NCBI GenBank assembly: GCA_043718025.1
Contig: JAYSWN010000122.1
Coordinates: 1-10,142 of the forward strand
Direction of reading: 5' to 3'
Origin: Pseudomonadota bacterium
GTDB taxonomy: Bacteria > Bdellovibrionota > FAC87 > UBA2466
Length of the DNA stretch: 10,142 nt
Positions 1-7,766 of this stretch are shown in pieces. The notes under the pieces are model-generated. The model ran no database searches. It had not been told where the DNA came from and saw nothing but the letters and a program-made list of their open reading frames with translations. The position numbers were made by a program, and so were the translations under genes. The stretch's first letter is position 1. Each line of letters begins with the position of its first letter.

Positions 1-2215
1 AGATCCAGGTGTCATAAATCCATTTTTTATCGATGCGCACGTCCAAGGCGAAAAAAGGATCGAGGCGTTGCGAAAAGTAAGGGCCTTGTAACCGGCGGTA
101 GCTGTCGGAGTCGCTAGAAAAAATTCCATCCGCTACGGGAGTAAAGGGATTACCGCTCACAAAACGGAGCCGGCTGCCGATGCTCCAATCGTTGCCAAGC
201 TCTACCGAGCCAATCGCCACCAAAACGTGTGTCTGATCGTTTTGAAATAGGGCCGTTCCGCGATCGGGTTGAAAGCGGGTGCTACGTGAAAGAGTGTAAG
301 CTAGTGAAGCGGTCCAAGGTTTGCCTTCATACTTTACTGAGCTTGATAATCCGTAGGCTAAACCGGTACCTGCATTGTTAAAACGTTCGGGCACCGCCGA
401 GCCATCGCGGGTGATGAGGCTGGTGCTAGGCACCACCAAGCTATGCATGGTTTTGTAGAAAGCGTCTGAAGTGAGTATAAAGCCGCGGCTTTCCCCCGCG
501 CGAAAATCTTTTTCTATCCCCAATGTCCAATGCCAAGATTTTTCTGCCCTTAAATCGGGATTGCCGATGGTGGCATCGGTGCGTTGGGCAATCGGTCCCT
601 GCGTATAAAGGCCAACCGAGCTTCGCAAAGTGGTGTGCGGATCCAAAGCGTAACGTGCCCCAAAGCGCGGGGCGGCGATCGCTTCATTCGGTCCATTAAA
701 ATAGTCGACCCGAAACGACGGCAATAAAGTGAGGGGCGTATCGCCTATTGCAATCGTATTGCGCAGAAAAAACCCAAGTTCGGTGGCTTGCGGTGAGGTG
801 TTCGATTGCAATTTTGCCCCGTTGCCGGTGCTAAACCCCTCTCCCCCAAATCCGCCGCCGCCGCTACCCACGTTAAAGTTGTCGGGAATCAAGAAAGTGT
901 AAACTGGCCAAGTAAAGCGATCATCCGTTCCCAGCACCGCGCTCCAAGACGGCAATAAGCGGTACTCCACCTCGGCGCGAGTCGAGAGCGAAGTTTGGCG
1001 AAGCTCAAAGAAATTGTCTAGAATGTCGACGCGAAAAAAGTCTTGCCCGGCTCCGACCGAAACTCGGGTGGTGAGATCATCGCTATGTTTTGAGGTCCAC
1101 TGCGGAATGAAGCGGTAAAAGGAAGTGTTGGTGCCGAAAGCGCCTCGGCCGGAGGCGTCTTTGCCGACCGGACTGTTGTTTAAGAATCTGAGTGAATCTT
1201 GAGATCCAATGCCCACCAGGCGAAAGCTGTCTTTGCTACTGAGCGGAGTGTCGTAAACGGCGATCAGATCGCCGAACGAAGGGGCCACCGACAGGTCAAA
1301 ATTCTTATTACTGCCCGCCACCAATTTTAAAACATCGCCCACGTAACTGCGCCGCCCCGCTAATGAAAGGCTGCCTTTGCCCACCGGCACTTCAAATAGC
1401 GCCCCGGCCTGAATCAAATCGGCGAAGGCTAGGCCATGAAATTTGTCGGTACGTCCGGCACGAGATCCCGCCCCGATGAGGCCCCCTAAGGCCCGGCTAT
1501 ATTCAGGGCCGTAACCCGAAGCCAAGAAATCGACCCGCTCAAGAGTTTCGGGAAACACCACCGAGGTTAGGCCACCAAAGTGAAAGATCAGCGGAATCTC
1601 GTGACCGTCGATAAGGTACTTAGTGTCTTGCGGAGCCGATCCTTCAATGGAAACGCGCGCGGTTAGGGCCGAGGGGCGGGCCACGCCGGGAAGGTTTTGG
1701 ATGGCCTTAAGCGGATCGCCGAAAGTGCCGGGCACCTTGGTGAACTCTTTGGGCGATAGCGTGCGCTTCCTGGCCTCTTTTTTATCGCCCTTTCCGTAGA
1801 CCGTGGTTTCGTAAACTTCGTAAGACATTCTCTGCAGGTAGAAGGTTCGCGGCTCATTTGCCTCGGGGCTTTTTTGCCCATCGTTTTTTTCGAACCGTTC
1901 GTAGTTTGTGGCGTTAATCACCCATTGAAAATCGCCGGCGGGGACACCTTCGAGGGTAAAAAAACCCTGCTCGTCAGTTACGCTTTTTAGTTTGTGCGGC
2001 AGTACAAAGACGTTTACCCCCGCTAAAGGATTGCGCGTCCCTTTTTCTAGAAGCCGCCCTTTTAAAGTCAGGCCAACCGGCGCGGGGGTTACATTAGAGG
2101 CGGGAGAAACGGGCGTCGGGGTGGGCGAGGGCGTTACCGCGGGCTCGGCTTGTGCGACTGCGGTAACCAGGGCCAACGCCAAAAAACTAGTTTTCCAAAA
2201 CAAAACGATACGCAT
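1..2215 (-). CDS. TonB-dependent outer-membrane receptor with N-terminal carboxypeptidase-regulatory-like domain (3' end truncated by window edge)
   Basis: Not in the ORF track because there is no stop in the window. Manual translation from ATG at 2215 gives a signal peptide (MRIVLFWKTSFLALALVTAVAQA), a Pro/Thr linker, a CarbopepD_reg-like segment (LKGRLLEKGTRNPLAGVNVFV...TDEQGFFTLEGVPAG) and plug motifs (VPGTFGDPLKAIQNLPGV, YLIDGHEIPLIFHFGGLTSV, GYGPEYSRALGGLI). The same frame at bases 2-90 reads QRLDPFFALDVRIDKKWIYDTWI, typical of late barrel strands. Overlaps the tonB stop by 29 bp. Confidence 0.93.
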   Translation of the reverse strand, partial: MRIVLFWKTSFLALALVTAVAQAEPAVTPSPTPTPVSPASNVTPAPVGLTLKGRLLEKGTRNPLAGVNVFVLPHKLKSVTDEQGFFTLEGVPAGDFQWVINATNYERFEKNDGQKSPEANEPRTFYLQRMSYEVYETTVYGKGDKKEARKRTLSPKEFTKVPGTFGDPLKAIQNLPGVARPSALTARVSIEGSAPQDTKYLIDGHEIPLIFHFGGLTSVVFPETLERVDFLASGYGPEYSRALGGLIGAGSRAGRTDKFHGLAFADLIQAGALFEVPVGKGSLSLAGRRSYVGDVLKLVAGSNKNFDLSVAPSFGDLIAVYDTPLSSKDSFRLVGIGSQDSLRFLNNSPVGKDASGRGAFGTNTSFYRFIPQWTSKHSDDLTTRVSVGAGQDFFRVDILDNFFELRQTSLSTRAEVEYRLLPSWSAVLGTDDRFTWPVYTFLIPDNFNVGSGGGGFGGEGFSTGNGAKLQSNTSPQATELGFFLRNTIAIGDTPLTLLPSFRVDYFNGPNEAIAAPRFGARYALDPHTTLRSSVGLYTQGPIAQRTDATIGNPDLRAEKSWHWTLGIEKDFRAGESRGFILTSDAFYKTMHSLVVPSTSLITRDGSAVPERFNNAGTGLAYGLSSSVKYEGKPWTASLAYTLSRSTRFQPDRGTALFQNDQTHVLVAIGSVELGNDWSIGSRLRFVSGNPFTPVADGIFSSDSDSYRRLQGPYFSQRLDPFFALDVRIDKKWIYDTWI

Positions 2216-2840
2216 AACGAATTCTTACCGTAACTGATTTGCCCTGCACCATAGCCGGGCGAAATTTGAAATTCTTAACCGCATTCAAGGCGGCCTCTTC
2301 CAAGCCGCCGCCTAAACCCTTTAGAAGCTTGGCCTCGCGTACTTTTCCTTCTGCATCAATGAGCAGATCCATCACCACCGCCCCTTGAATCCCCTTTTTC
2401 TTTGCCTCTTCGGGATACGGGATTCTCACCTCGGAGAGTACCGATGGCATCTCATTAACTAAAAACTCATCGACCGGCGCCGGCAGTGAATTAGGATCGT
2501 CGTCCCTTAAGGTTTCGTTGTCAGCTTCTTTGGCCAGTGTATTTCCCGGTTTTACGGCCACTGCAGAAGCTTCGCTTGATAAAATTGATTTTCTATTCGC
2601 CCCGAAAACGGCGCGCGCCTTTTTCTGGGGATTGGGGATAACCTCGGTGCGCGGTTTGATGGCGTAAGGTGCGTCTTCGGCCTTTTTGGTGACCTCGACC
2701 ACCTTAAAATCCACCGAGTCAAAATTCACACGGGGAGAAAATGAGGCAATCATAAATCCCATTACCGCCACCACGGCGAGGCCCGCGTGTAGCAGAACGG
2801 AAAGGGTCCACGGATTACTGGCGTTCAATCTGGATAGCAA
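2187..2840 (-). CDS. tonB: Energy transducer TonB
   Basis: N-terminal TM anchor with SVLLHA motif. C-terminal TonB_C domain (YPEEAKKKGIQGAVVMDLLIDAEGKV...LEEAALNAVKNFKFRPA...YRF). Lies between exbD and the receptor. TTG start at 2840 (alternative TTG at 2828). Confidence 0.92.
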   Translation of the reverse strand: MLSRLNASNPWTLSVLLHAGLAVVAVMGFMIASFSPRVNFDSVDFKVVEVTKKAEDAPYAIKPRTEVIPNPQKKARAVFGANRKSILSSEASAVAVKPGNTLAKEADNETLRDDDPNSLPAPVDEFLVNEMPSVLSEVRIPYPEEAKKKGIQGAVVMDLLIDAEGKVREAKLLKGLGGGLEEAALNAVKNFKFRPAMVQGKSVTVRIRYAYRFVLEN

Positions 2841-3228
2841 ATTGATTCATCCCCGATTGCTTAAGCCAGTCGATTGCTTTCACCACATCGCCGTGCCGGG
2901 CGTCGGTATCGGCGGCGATAACCGCCGAGGCCTGCGGATCAGTGATTAAAACAGCGCGCACCAACTCAGTTAAAGACTCTTGGGTCACGGGTTTTCCGGA
3001 AATCAAGATCTGTCCGGTCTTGGTGATCACCACGCCGAGCGGCTGCGACGTTTTTTGATCTAGTGACGCGGCAGTGGGGAGTTTGATATTCAGACTGTCT
3101 TTTAAAACGATGGGCGCCGTGACCATGAAAATCACGAGCAACACCAGCACCACATCGACGAACGGCGTGATGTTGATCCCGGAAATGGGCTCTAGGTCAC
3201 TGTCTTGCTGTGAAAAATCGGCGGCCAA
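2815..3228 (-). CDS. exbD: Biopolymer transporter ExbD/TolR family
   Basis: Signature INITPFVDVVLVLLVIFMVTAP with the conserved TM Asp, and C-terminal IAADTDARHGDVVKAIDWLKQSG. TTG start 1 bp after the exbB stop, with an AAGGA SD. Confidence 0.93.
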   Translation of the reverse strand: MAADFSQQDSDLEPISGINITPFVDVVLVLLVIFMVTAPIVLKDSLNIKLPTAASLDQKTSQPLGVVITKTGQILISGKPVTQESLTELVRAVLITDPQASAVIAADTDARHGDVVKAIDWLKQSGMNQFAIQIERQ

Positions 3229-3229
3229 G

Positions 3230-3841
3230 TTACAATCCTTTAGTTTCGGCGCGAGAAAGGTAGAGATCCCTCATTGCTTCACAGTCAGACATCACCGTTT
3301 TGATGCTTCTCGAAAAATAATTGAAAGCCACGCCCGCCGGAATGGCGACCAATAGCCCCACCGCGGTGGCCACCAGCGCTTCGGCCAAAGCTCCCATCAC
3401 CGACGCGCTTCCCGAAGGGGACGTGGCGAGTACGCCGAACGCCTGAATAATTCCCAACACGGTACCAAACAATCCGATGAACGGGGCATTAGAGCCCAGC
3501 GTCGCCAGCACCGTAAGCCCTTGTTCAAGGCTTCGGCGTTGAGTGGTGAGGTACGATCGCACGGCGCGGTCAACCTGTTCGGTCTTTTCGCGGTTCACTT
3601 CTAAGGCCGCTTTTAGCGCGCCACATAAAAGCGAATTACGGTCTTTCACCATGAGGGCTAGCCCTTTCCAGTCACCGCGGCGGATGAGTCCTTCCGCTTC
3701 GTCGCGCTCTTTTGCATCGCCTAACTGCAGCAAAGCCCGTTTTCTATCTATAATAATGCGAACTGACCAAACCGACAGTCCGAGCAGAACCACCAGCACC
3801 AGTCGCGCGCCCCAAGTTGTAGTGAGAATTAAAAAAGACAT
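3230..3841 (-). CDS. exbB: MotA/TolQ/ExbB proton channel protein
   Basis: Motifs LATLGSNAPFIGLFGTVLGIIQAF and ALAEALVATAVGLLVAIPA. Start moved to ATG 3841 (MSFLILTT..., 203 aa) because the track's 3994 start overlaps the permease by about 130 bp. Context (exbD-tonB-receptor) favours ExbB over TolQ. Confidence 0.9.
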   Translation of the reverse strand: MSFLILTTTWGARLVLVVLLGLSVWSVRIIIDRKRALLQLGDAKERDEAEGLIRRGDWKGLALMVKDRNSLLCGALKAALEVNREKTEQVDRAVRSYLTTQRRSLEQGLTVLATLGSNAPFIGLFGTVLGIIQAFGVLATSPSGSASVMGALAEALVATAVGLLVAIPAGVAFNYFSRSIKTVMSDCEAMRDLYLSRAETKGL

Positions 3842-3848
3842 CGCAGAA

Positions 3849-3877
3849 ATTATGCCCTGAACTTCTACTTTTGCCGA
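3849..3877 (-). promoter_or_regulatory. Candidate sigma70 promoter for exbB (possibly leaderless)
   Basis: TCGGCA (3877-3872) - 17 nt - CATAAT (3854-3849), then 7 nt to ATG 3841. No clear SD in between. Confidence 0.35.
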
Positions 3878-6384
3878 AGTAATAGTTGGGGTGATTCGGT
3901 AAGCGCTTGGCGCGTTGCAATCAGGGCGATCAGGGCGGAGGCCAGCGTCACCGCAAATAGAGAAAACAGGGGCAATCGCCAATCGGCCACCCACCGGCTA
4001 TCAAAGACCCAAAGGGAGAAGAGGTAGCTCAAAACCAAGGCGCCGCCGCTGCCAAACAGAGCGGCAAGCAACCCCAGTAGTCCAAATTCGATCAGCGACA
4101 TGCGCTGCACTTCGGAGAAACGGGCGCCCAGAGTCTTTAAAAGCGCAATGTCCCACCGACGAAGTCGGGCCTGATGGCTAGCCACCGAAAAAAGCACCAC
4201 CGATCCGGCAACCAGCGCTAGTGCCGCCATAAAACGAAGCGCCCACGCCATTTGGATGAAAATGGCCAGTATGCGCTCTACCACTTGCGACACATCCACT
4301 AACGACACGTTTGGAAATTGGCTCACCACTTTGGCTTGGAGCAAAAGCTTTTCGTCGTTACTCAGCTTTCCTACCGAAGCCAAAAAGGTTTTGGGGGCTT
4401 CATCGATTACGCCAGGCGGAAATTGAATAAAAAAATTGGGCTGAAAGCTCGACCATTGCACCCGCCGAAAATTGGCAATTCGCGCCTCAACGTCAACGCC
4501 CTGTACGTCGAGTTTAAGCGTGTCGCCCAGCTTAAAGCCCATGCGACGAGCGTATTCCCGCTCTACCGAAACTTGCGGCACCCCGAATTGGCCGGAGAGG
4601 TCATGGCCCTCAACGATCTCTTCGCTGTCGCTTAGCTTTTCGCGGTAGGTGAGGTTGAGTCCTCGGTTTCGAAACCGCCGCTCCACCTCTTCTTCTCGTG
4701 TGATGGCGCCTGAGCTCGAGTCGGTCTTTCCGTATTCTTTCCCGTTAAGGTGAGTGAGACGGCCGCGTATCATTGGTGAAACGTGAGTGGCTTTTGCTTT
4801 TTGCTGCTGAAGCAGAGCCAGCAGCCCGTCTTTTTGATCGTCTTGAATGTCGAACAGAAAAAAGGCGGGAAGTTTTCCGCTCTGCGGCTCTTGCAATTGA
4901 GCGCGCAACCCGACTTGGAGTTGGCCAATCAAGTTGACCAGCAGGGTGCCTAAACTCAACGCTAGAACGCAAGACAGCGTGGCCACTTTTTGGCGACTGA
5001 GTTGGCGCAGCGGCAAGCGCCACAGCAGAGTTTGGTACGTTCGTTTTCCGAGCCAGTGGAGCACGGCGCCCCCGACGCCCAAAACCACCAGAGTCGTTAC
5101 CAGTAAGCCTGCGGTAAAAAGGGATCCCACCAAAATGGACTTGGCTTGCCAGATCGAAAGCGCCCAGTAGAGCAAAATTGCCGGCATTAGCCACAGCGAG
5201 TCTTTGGCGGTAGGTGGTAGGGCTACATCACTTTCTTGAAACAGCATGGCTGGTTTCAAACGGCGCACGCGCACTAAAATGGGTAGGCAAAGCAGTAGGC
5301 TTCCCACCGTGGAGAGGGCAAGCGCTAAGCCAACGCTTCGCCAAGATAGGGATGCGGTGAGAGAAAAAGGAAACAGCATTTGCAAGAGTTTGGTCACAAG
5401 CGGCAAGAGAATGGCCGAGATCAAAGTGGCGGGAATCAACGCTAATGCGCCCAATAGTAAGAGTTGAACACTGTAGCTACTTAACGCCGCGTTTCGGCTG
5501 AAACCTAAGGTGCGCAAAATGGCGACCTCGCGTGATCGGCGGCCCAAAAAACTGCGAAAGAGGTAGGCAGATCCCACCGACGCCAAGAAAAAAGCAACCA
5601 ACGTGGCAAGTCCCAGGTAATCGCCAAGGTAGCTTGCCGCCCGCCCCACTTGGTCGCTAGCTCCCGTATGGGTTTGCACGCGCAACGCCGGATCGATCAG
5701 TTTTTCGTTTAACGTTTTAACCATTGCCTCGGCATCGGTGGTGGCAGGGAGTTTAAATAACCGCGAGAAGCTGATGCTGCCGCCCTCACGCACCAATCCC
5801 GTGCTCGCAATTTGCCCGTGCGCAATAAAAATTTTTGGCGCCAGCGCCATGAAAGAAGAAGAGCCGGCCGGATCTTGAGTAACGGTATCGGTGAGTTTGA
5901 ATTCGCCGATACCCAATTTTAAAGTTTCACCCAATTTCATTCCAAGTTGAGTGAGCAGTTCCGGCGAGACCCAAGCTTCGGCCCCCCTTAAGCTATCGGC
6001 TTGGCCGGGCCCCGACCCCAGCACGAGATCTCCGTAGAAGGGGTAGCTGCTTTCAATTGCTTTGATTTGCACCAGACGCGAGGTTTGGGGGCCCGCCGCC
6101 ATCGTAAAAAACTCGACCACCCGAGAGGGTTGGCTATCGCTCGGTAGCGTCTCTTTCACCAGCCGTTCTTCATCCGGCGTCAAATCGCGTCGTCCGCTTA
6201 TCGACAGATCGGCGGCGAGCAATCCCTTTGATCTCTCGTGAATAGAATTGGCCACCGAAACTTTAAAGGCGTCTAACGTCAAAAAACCGGCCAAGCCCAG
6301 CGCCAGGTTCGAAATAAAAAGGAACGCAAAGCTGCGGTTGTGGCGAAGTTCGCGCCACGCCAGACGAAACGCCAGGGGGATCAC
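3865..6384 (-). CDS. ybbP: YbbP-like type VII (MacB/FtsX-family) ABC transporter permease, double-FtsX architecture
   Basis: 839 aa. N-terminal RLAWRELR, LLAADLSI and YPFYGDL motifs, two repeats of the FtsX motif (EVAILRTLG, DIALLKTLGA), plus FFLFDIQDDQ and RRVQWSSFQPNFF. GTG start overlaps the ATPase TGA (GTGA). Confidence 0.9.
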   Translation of the reverse strand: MIPLAFRLAWRELRHNRSFAFLFISNLALGLAGFLTLDAFKVSVANSIHERSKGLLAADLSISGRRDLTPDEERLVKETLPSDSQPSRVVEFFTMAAGPQTSRLVQIKAIESSYPFYGDLVLGSGPGQADSLRGAEAWVSPELLTQLGMKLGETLKLGIGEFKLTDTVTQDPAGSSSFMALAPKIFIAHGQIASTGLVREGGSISFSRLFKLPATTDAEAMVKTLNEKLIDPALRVQTHTGASDQVGRAASYLGDYLGLATLVAFFLASVGSAYLFRSFLGRRSREVAILRTLGFSRNAALSSYSVQLLLLGALALIPATLISAILLPLVTKLLQMLFPFSLTASLSWRSVGLALALSTVGSLLLCLPILVRVRRLKPAMLFQESDVALPPTAKDSLWLMPAILLYWALSIWQAKSILVGSLFTAGLLVTTLVVLGVGGAVLHWLGKRTYQTLLWRLPLRQLSRQKVATLSCVLALSLGTLLVNLIGQLQVGLRAQLQEPQSGKLPAFFLFDIQDDQKDGLLALLQQQKAKATHVSPMIRGRLTHLNGKEYGKTDSSSGAITREEEVERRFRNRGLNLTYREKLSDSEEIVEGHDLSGQFGVPQVSVEREYARRMGFKLGDTLKLDVQGVDVEARIANFRRVQWSSFQPNFFIQFPPGVIDEAPKTFLASVGKLSNDEKLLLQAKVVSQFPNVSLVDVSQVVERILAIFIQMAWALRFMAALALVAGSVVLFSVASHQARLRRWDIALLKTLGARFSEVQRMSLIEFGLLGLLAALFGSGGALVLSYLFSLWVFDSRWVADWRLPLFSLFAVTLASALIALIATRQALTESPQLLLRQK

Positions 6385-7052
6385 TGTTTAGCGACCTGTA
6401 ACTTTCCCTCTACAATGGCGAGCTGTCGTTGACAGCGTTTGGCCAGCGCTTCGTTGTGGGTTACGAGGATTAAGGTCATGTGGTGGGCTTTTACCAATTT
6501 AAAAAGCAGGTCCATTACGGCATTTCCGGTACGGCTATCCAAATTACCGCTGGGCTCATCGGCAAGTAACAGTGCCGGGCGTGTGACAAACGCCCTGGCA
6601 ATGGCCACCCGTTGGCACTCGCCGCCGCTTAGTTGATTGGGAAAATGGGTTTCACGGTGCGCCAATTCGACCGCCGCTAGTGCCTCTTTTGCTTTGGTCA
6701 GCGCCGCCGGGTCGTGGGCAATCTCAAGCGGCAGCGCCACATTTTCTAGCGCGGTCAGCGTAGACATTAAATGGAACTGTTGAAAGACGATGCCAAGCCC
6801 CTTACCGCGAAATTGGGTGAGCGCCTCCTCGTCGAGATCTTTCAAAACCGTGCCCGAAATGGCGATGCTGCCGCCGTCGGGATGATCGAGTCCGGCCAAG
6901 AGCGAAAGCAAGGTGGACTTTCCGCTGCCCGATTCGCCAAGAATGGCCAGGGTCTCTCCCGCTTCCACTTGCAGGAAAAGGCCGCGGAGCACTTCGATGG
7001 AAGCGCCGCCTTGAGAAAAGGATTTACTAACGTCTTGGGCGTTTAAGATCAT
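6381..7052 (-). CDS. ybbA: ABC transporter ATP-binding protein, YbbA/LolD-like
   Basis: Walker A GESGSGKST, signature LSGGECQR, Walker B/D-loop LLLADEPSGNLDS, H-loop VTH. ATGA overlap with the upstream esterase. Confidence 0.93.
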   Translation of the reverse strand: MILNAQDVSKSFSQGGASIEVLRGLFLQVEAGETLAILGESGSGKSTLLSLLAGLDHPDGGSIAISGTVLKDLDEEALTQFRGKGLGIVFQQFHLMSTLTALENVALPLEIAHDPAALTKAKEALAAVELAHRETHFPNQLSGGECQRVAIARAFVTRPALLLADEPSGNLDSRTGNAVMDLLFKLVKAHHMTLILVTHNEALAKRCQRQLAIVEGKLQVAKQ

Positions 7053-7648
7053 AAGAGTGGTTTCAACCTTTTTTCGACCAGCTTAGCGATGATTTGGTGA
7101 CCCGCTTCATTGGGGTGAATGCCGTCGGGAAGGTTAAGCGACGGCACTCCGCCGACCCCGTCTAGCAGAAAAGGGATTAAGGGCACCTGATGTTTGGCGG
7201 CCAAATTGCGGTAAATTTTTTCAAGTTGGTCGGCGTATTTTTTTCCGTAATTGGTGGGGGCCTTGATTCCGGCCAGCACCACTTGCAGGCCATTCTTTTT
7301 GGCCAGGTCGATAGTATCCGAAAGGTTTTTTTCGGTGTTCGTTAATTCGAGACCGCGAAGGGCGTCGTTGGCGCCAAGTGCAATCATTACCATTTGTGGC
7401 TTCGCTTTTAGGTACCATTTGATGCGGGAAGCGCCGCTGGCCGAAGTCGATCCGCTCGACCCGCCGTTTACAATTTCCACCTCTTTGCCCGACGCATTCA
7501 GCCCCTTTTCAACCAACGCCGGATAGGCTTTGTCTCTTGCCACGCCGTATCCATCGGTGAGGGAGTCACCCAATATCACGATTTTTGTTTTTGCTTGGGC
7601 AGTAAGGCAAAGCAATAAGAGGGGTAACGTTGCGCGGTACAACAGCAT
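7049..7648 (-). CDS. tesA: TesA-like periplasmic SGNH/GDSL arylesterase / acyl-CoA thioesterase I
   Basis: Blocks GDSLT, NGGSSGSTS, GAND and DGIHPN. Signal peptide MLLYRATLPLLLLCLTAQA from ATG 7648, preferred over the 7696 start. Adjacent to ybbA/ybbP homologues. Confidence 0.92.
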   Translation of the reverse strand: MLLYRATLPLLLLCLTAQAKTKIVILGDSLTDGYGVARDKAYPALVEKGLNASGKEVEIVNGGSSGSTSASGASRIKWYLKAKPQMVMIALGANDALRGLELTNTEKNLSDTIDLAKKNGLQVVLAGIKAPTNYGKKYADQLEKIYRNLAAKHQVPLIPFLLDGVGGVPSLNLPDGIHPNEAGHQIIAKLVEKRLKPLL

Positions 7649-7654
7649 GCGGTG

Positions 7655-7683
7655 ATTATAGGGTAGGAAGCTGATTGGGTAAA
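7655..7683 (-). promoter_or_regulatory. Candidate sigma70 promoter for tesA-ybbAP (possibly leaderless)
   Basis: TTTACC (7683-7678) - 17 nt - perfect TATAAT (7660-7655), then 6 nt to ATG 7648. No SD. Confidence 0.55.
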
Positions 7684-7700
7684 ATTTCTGCAGCATTTCG

Positions 7701-7748
7701 AAGGCAACAGCACCTTGCCTTGCGGAAAAGCGTTAGAGCAACGACAAT
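7701..7748 (+). promoter_or_regulatory. 7-7-7 inverted repeat plus candidate promoter of the His-rich lipoprotein gene
   Basis: AAGGCAA-cagcacc-TTGCCTT (7701-7721) overlaps TTGCGG (7720-7725) - 17 nt - GACAAT (7743-7748). SD GGGAG at 7755-7759. Confidence 0.4.
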
Positions 7749-7766
7749 TAGATAGGGAGAAAACTC

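Noticed and set aside
2187..2215. Programmed frameshift fusing TonB to the receptor (T/A runs in the overlap)
   Set aside because: The receptor frame is +1 relative to tonB, there is no canonical slippery heptamer before the stop, and the receptor has its own ATG and complete signal peptide.
1663..2237. ORFs 1663-1881(-) and 1992-2237(+)
   Set aside because: They lie within or antisense to the TonB-dependent receptor CDS and show no recognisable motifs.
3842..3900. Fur box upstream of exbB-exbD-tonB-receptor
   Set aside because: No convincing match to the GATAATGATAATCATTATC consensus, only a weak GCAgAAaTTaTGC dyad.
3842..3994. N-terminal extension of ExbB given by the ORF track
   Set aside because: It overlaps the permease 3' end and does not look like ExbB. 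ATG 3841 gives a normal-length protein.
2686..7526. Many short alternative-frame and antisense ORFs (e.g. 2686-2949, 3074-3355, 3543-3860, 3915-4181, 4318-4635, 4745-5194, 4934-5170, 5246-5467, 6439-6636, 6771-7046, 7221-7418, 7251-7526)
   Set aside because: Shadow ORFs overlapping well-supported genes, with no family motifs.
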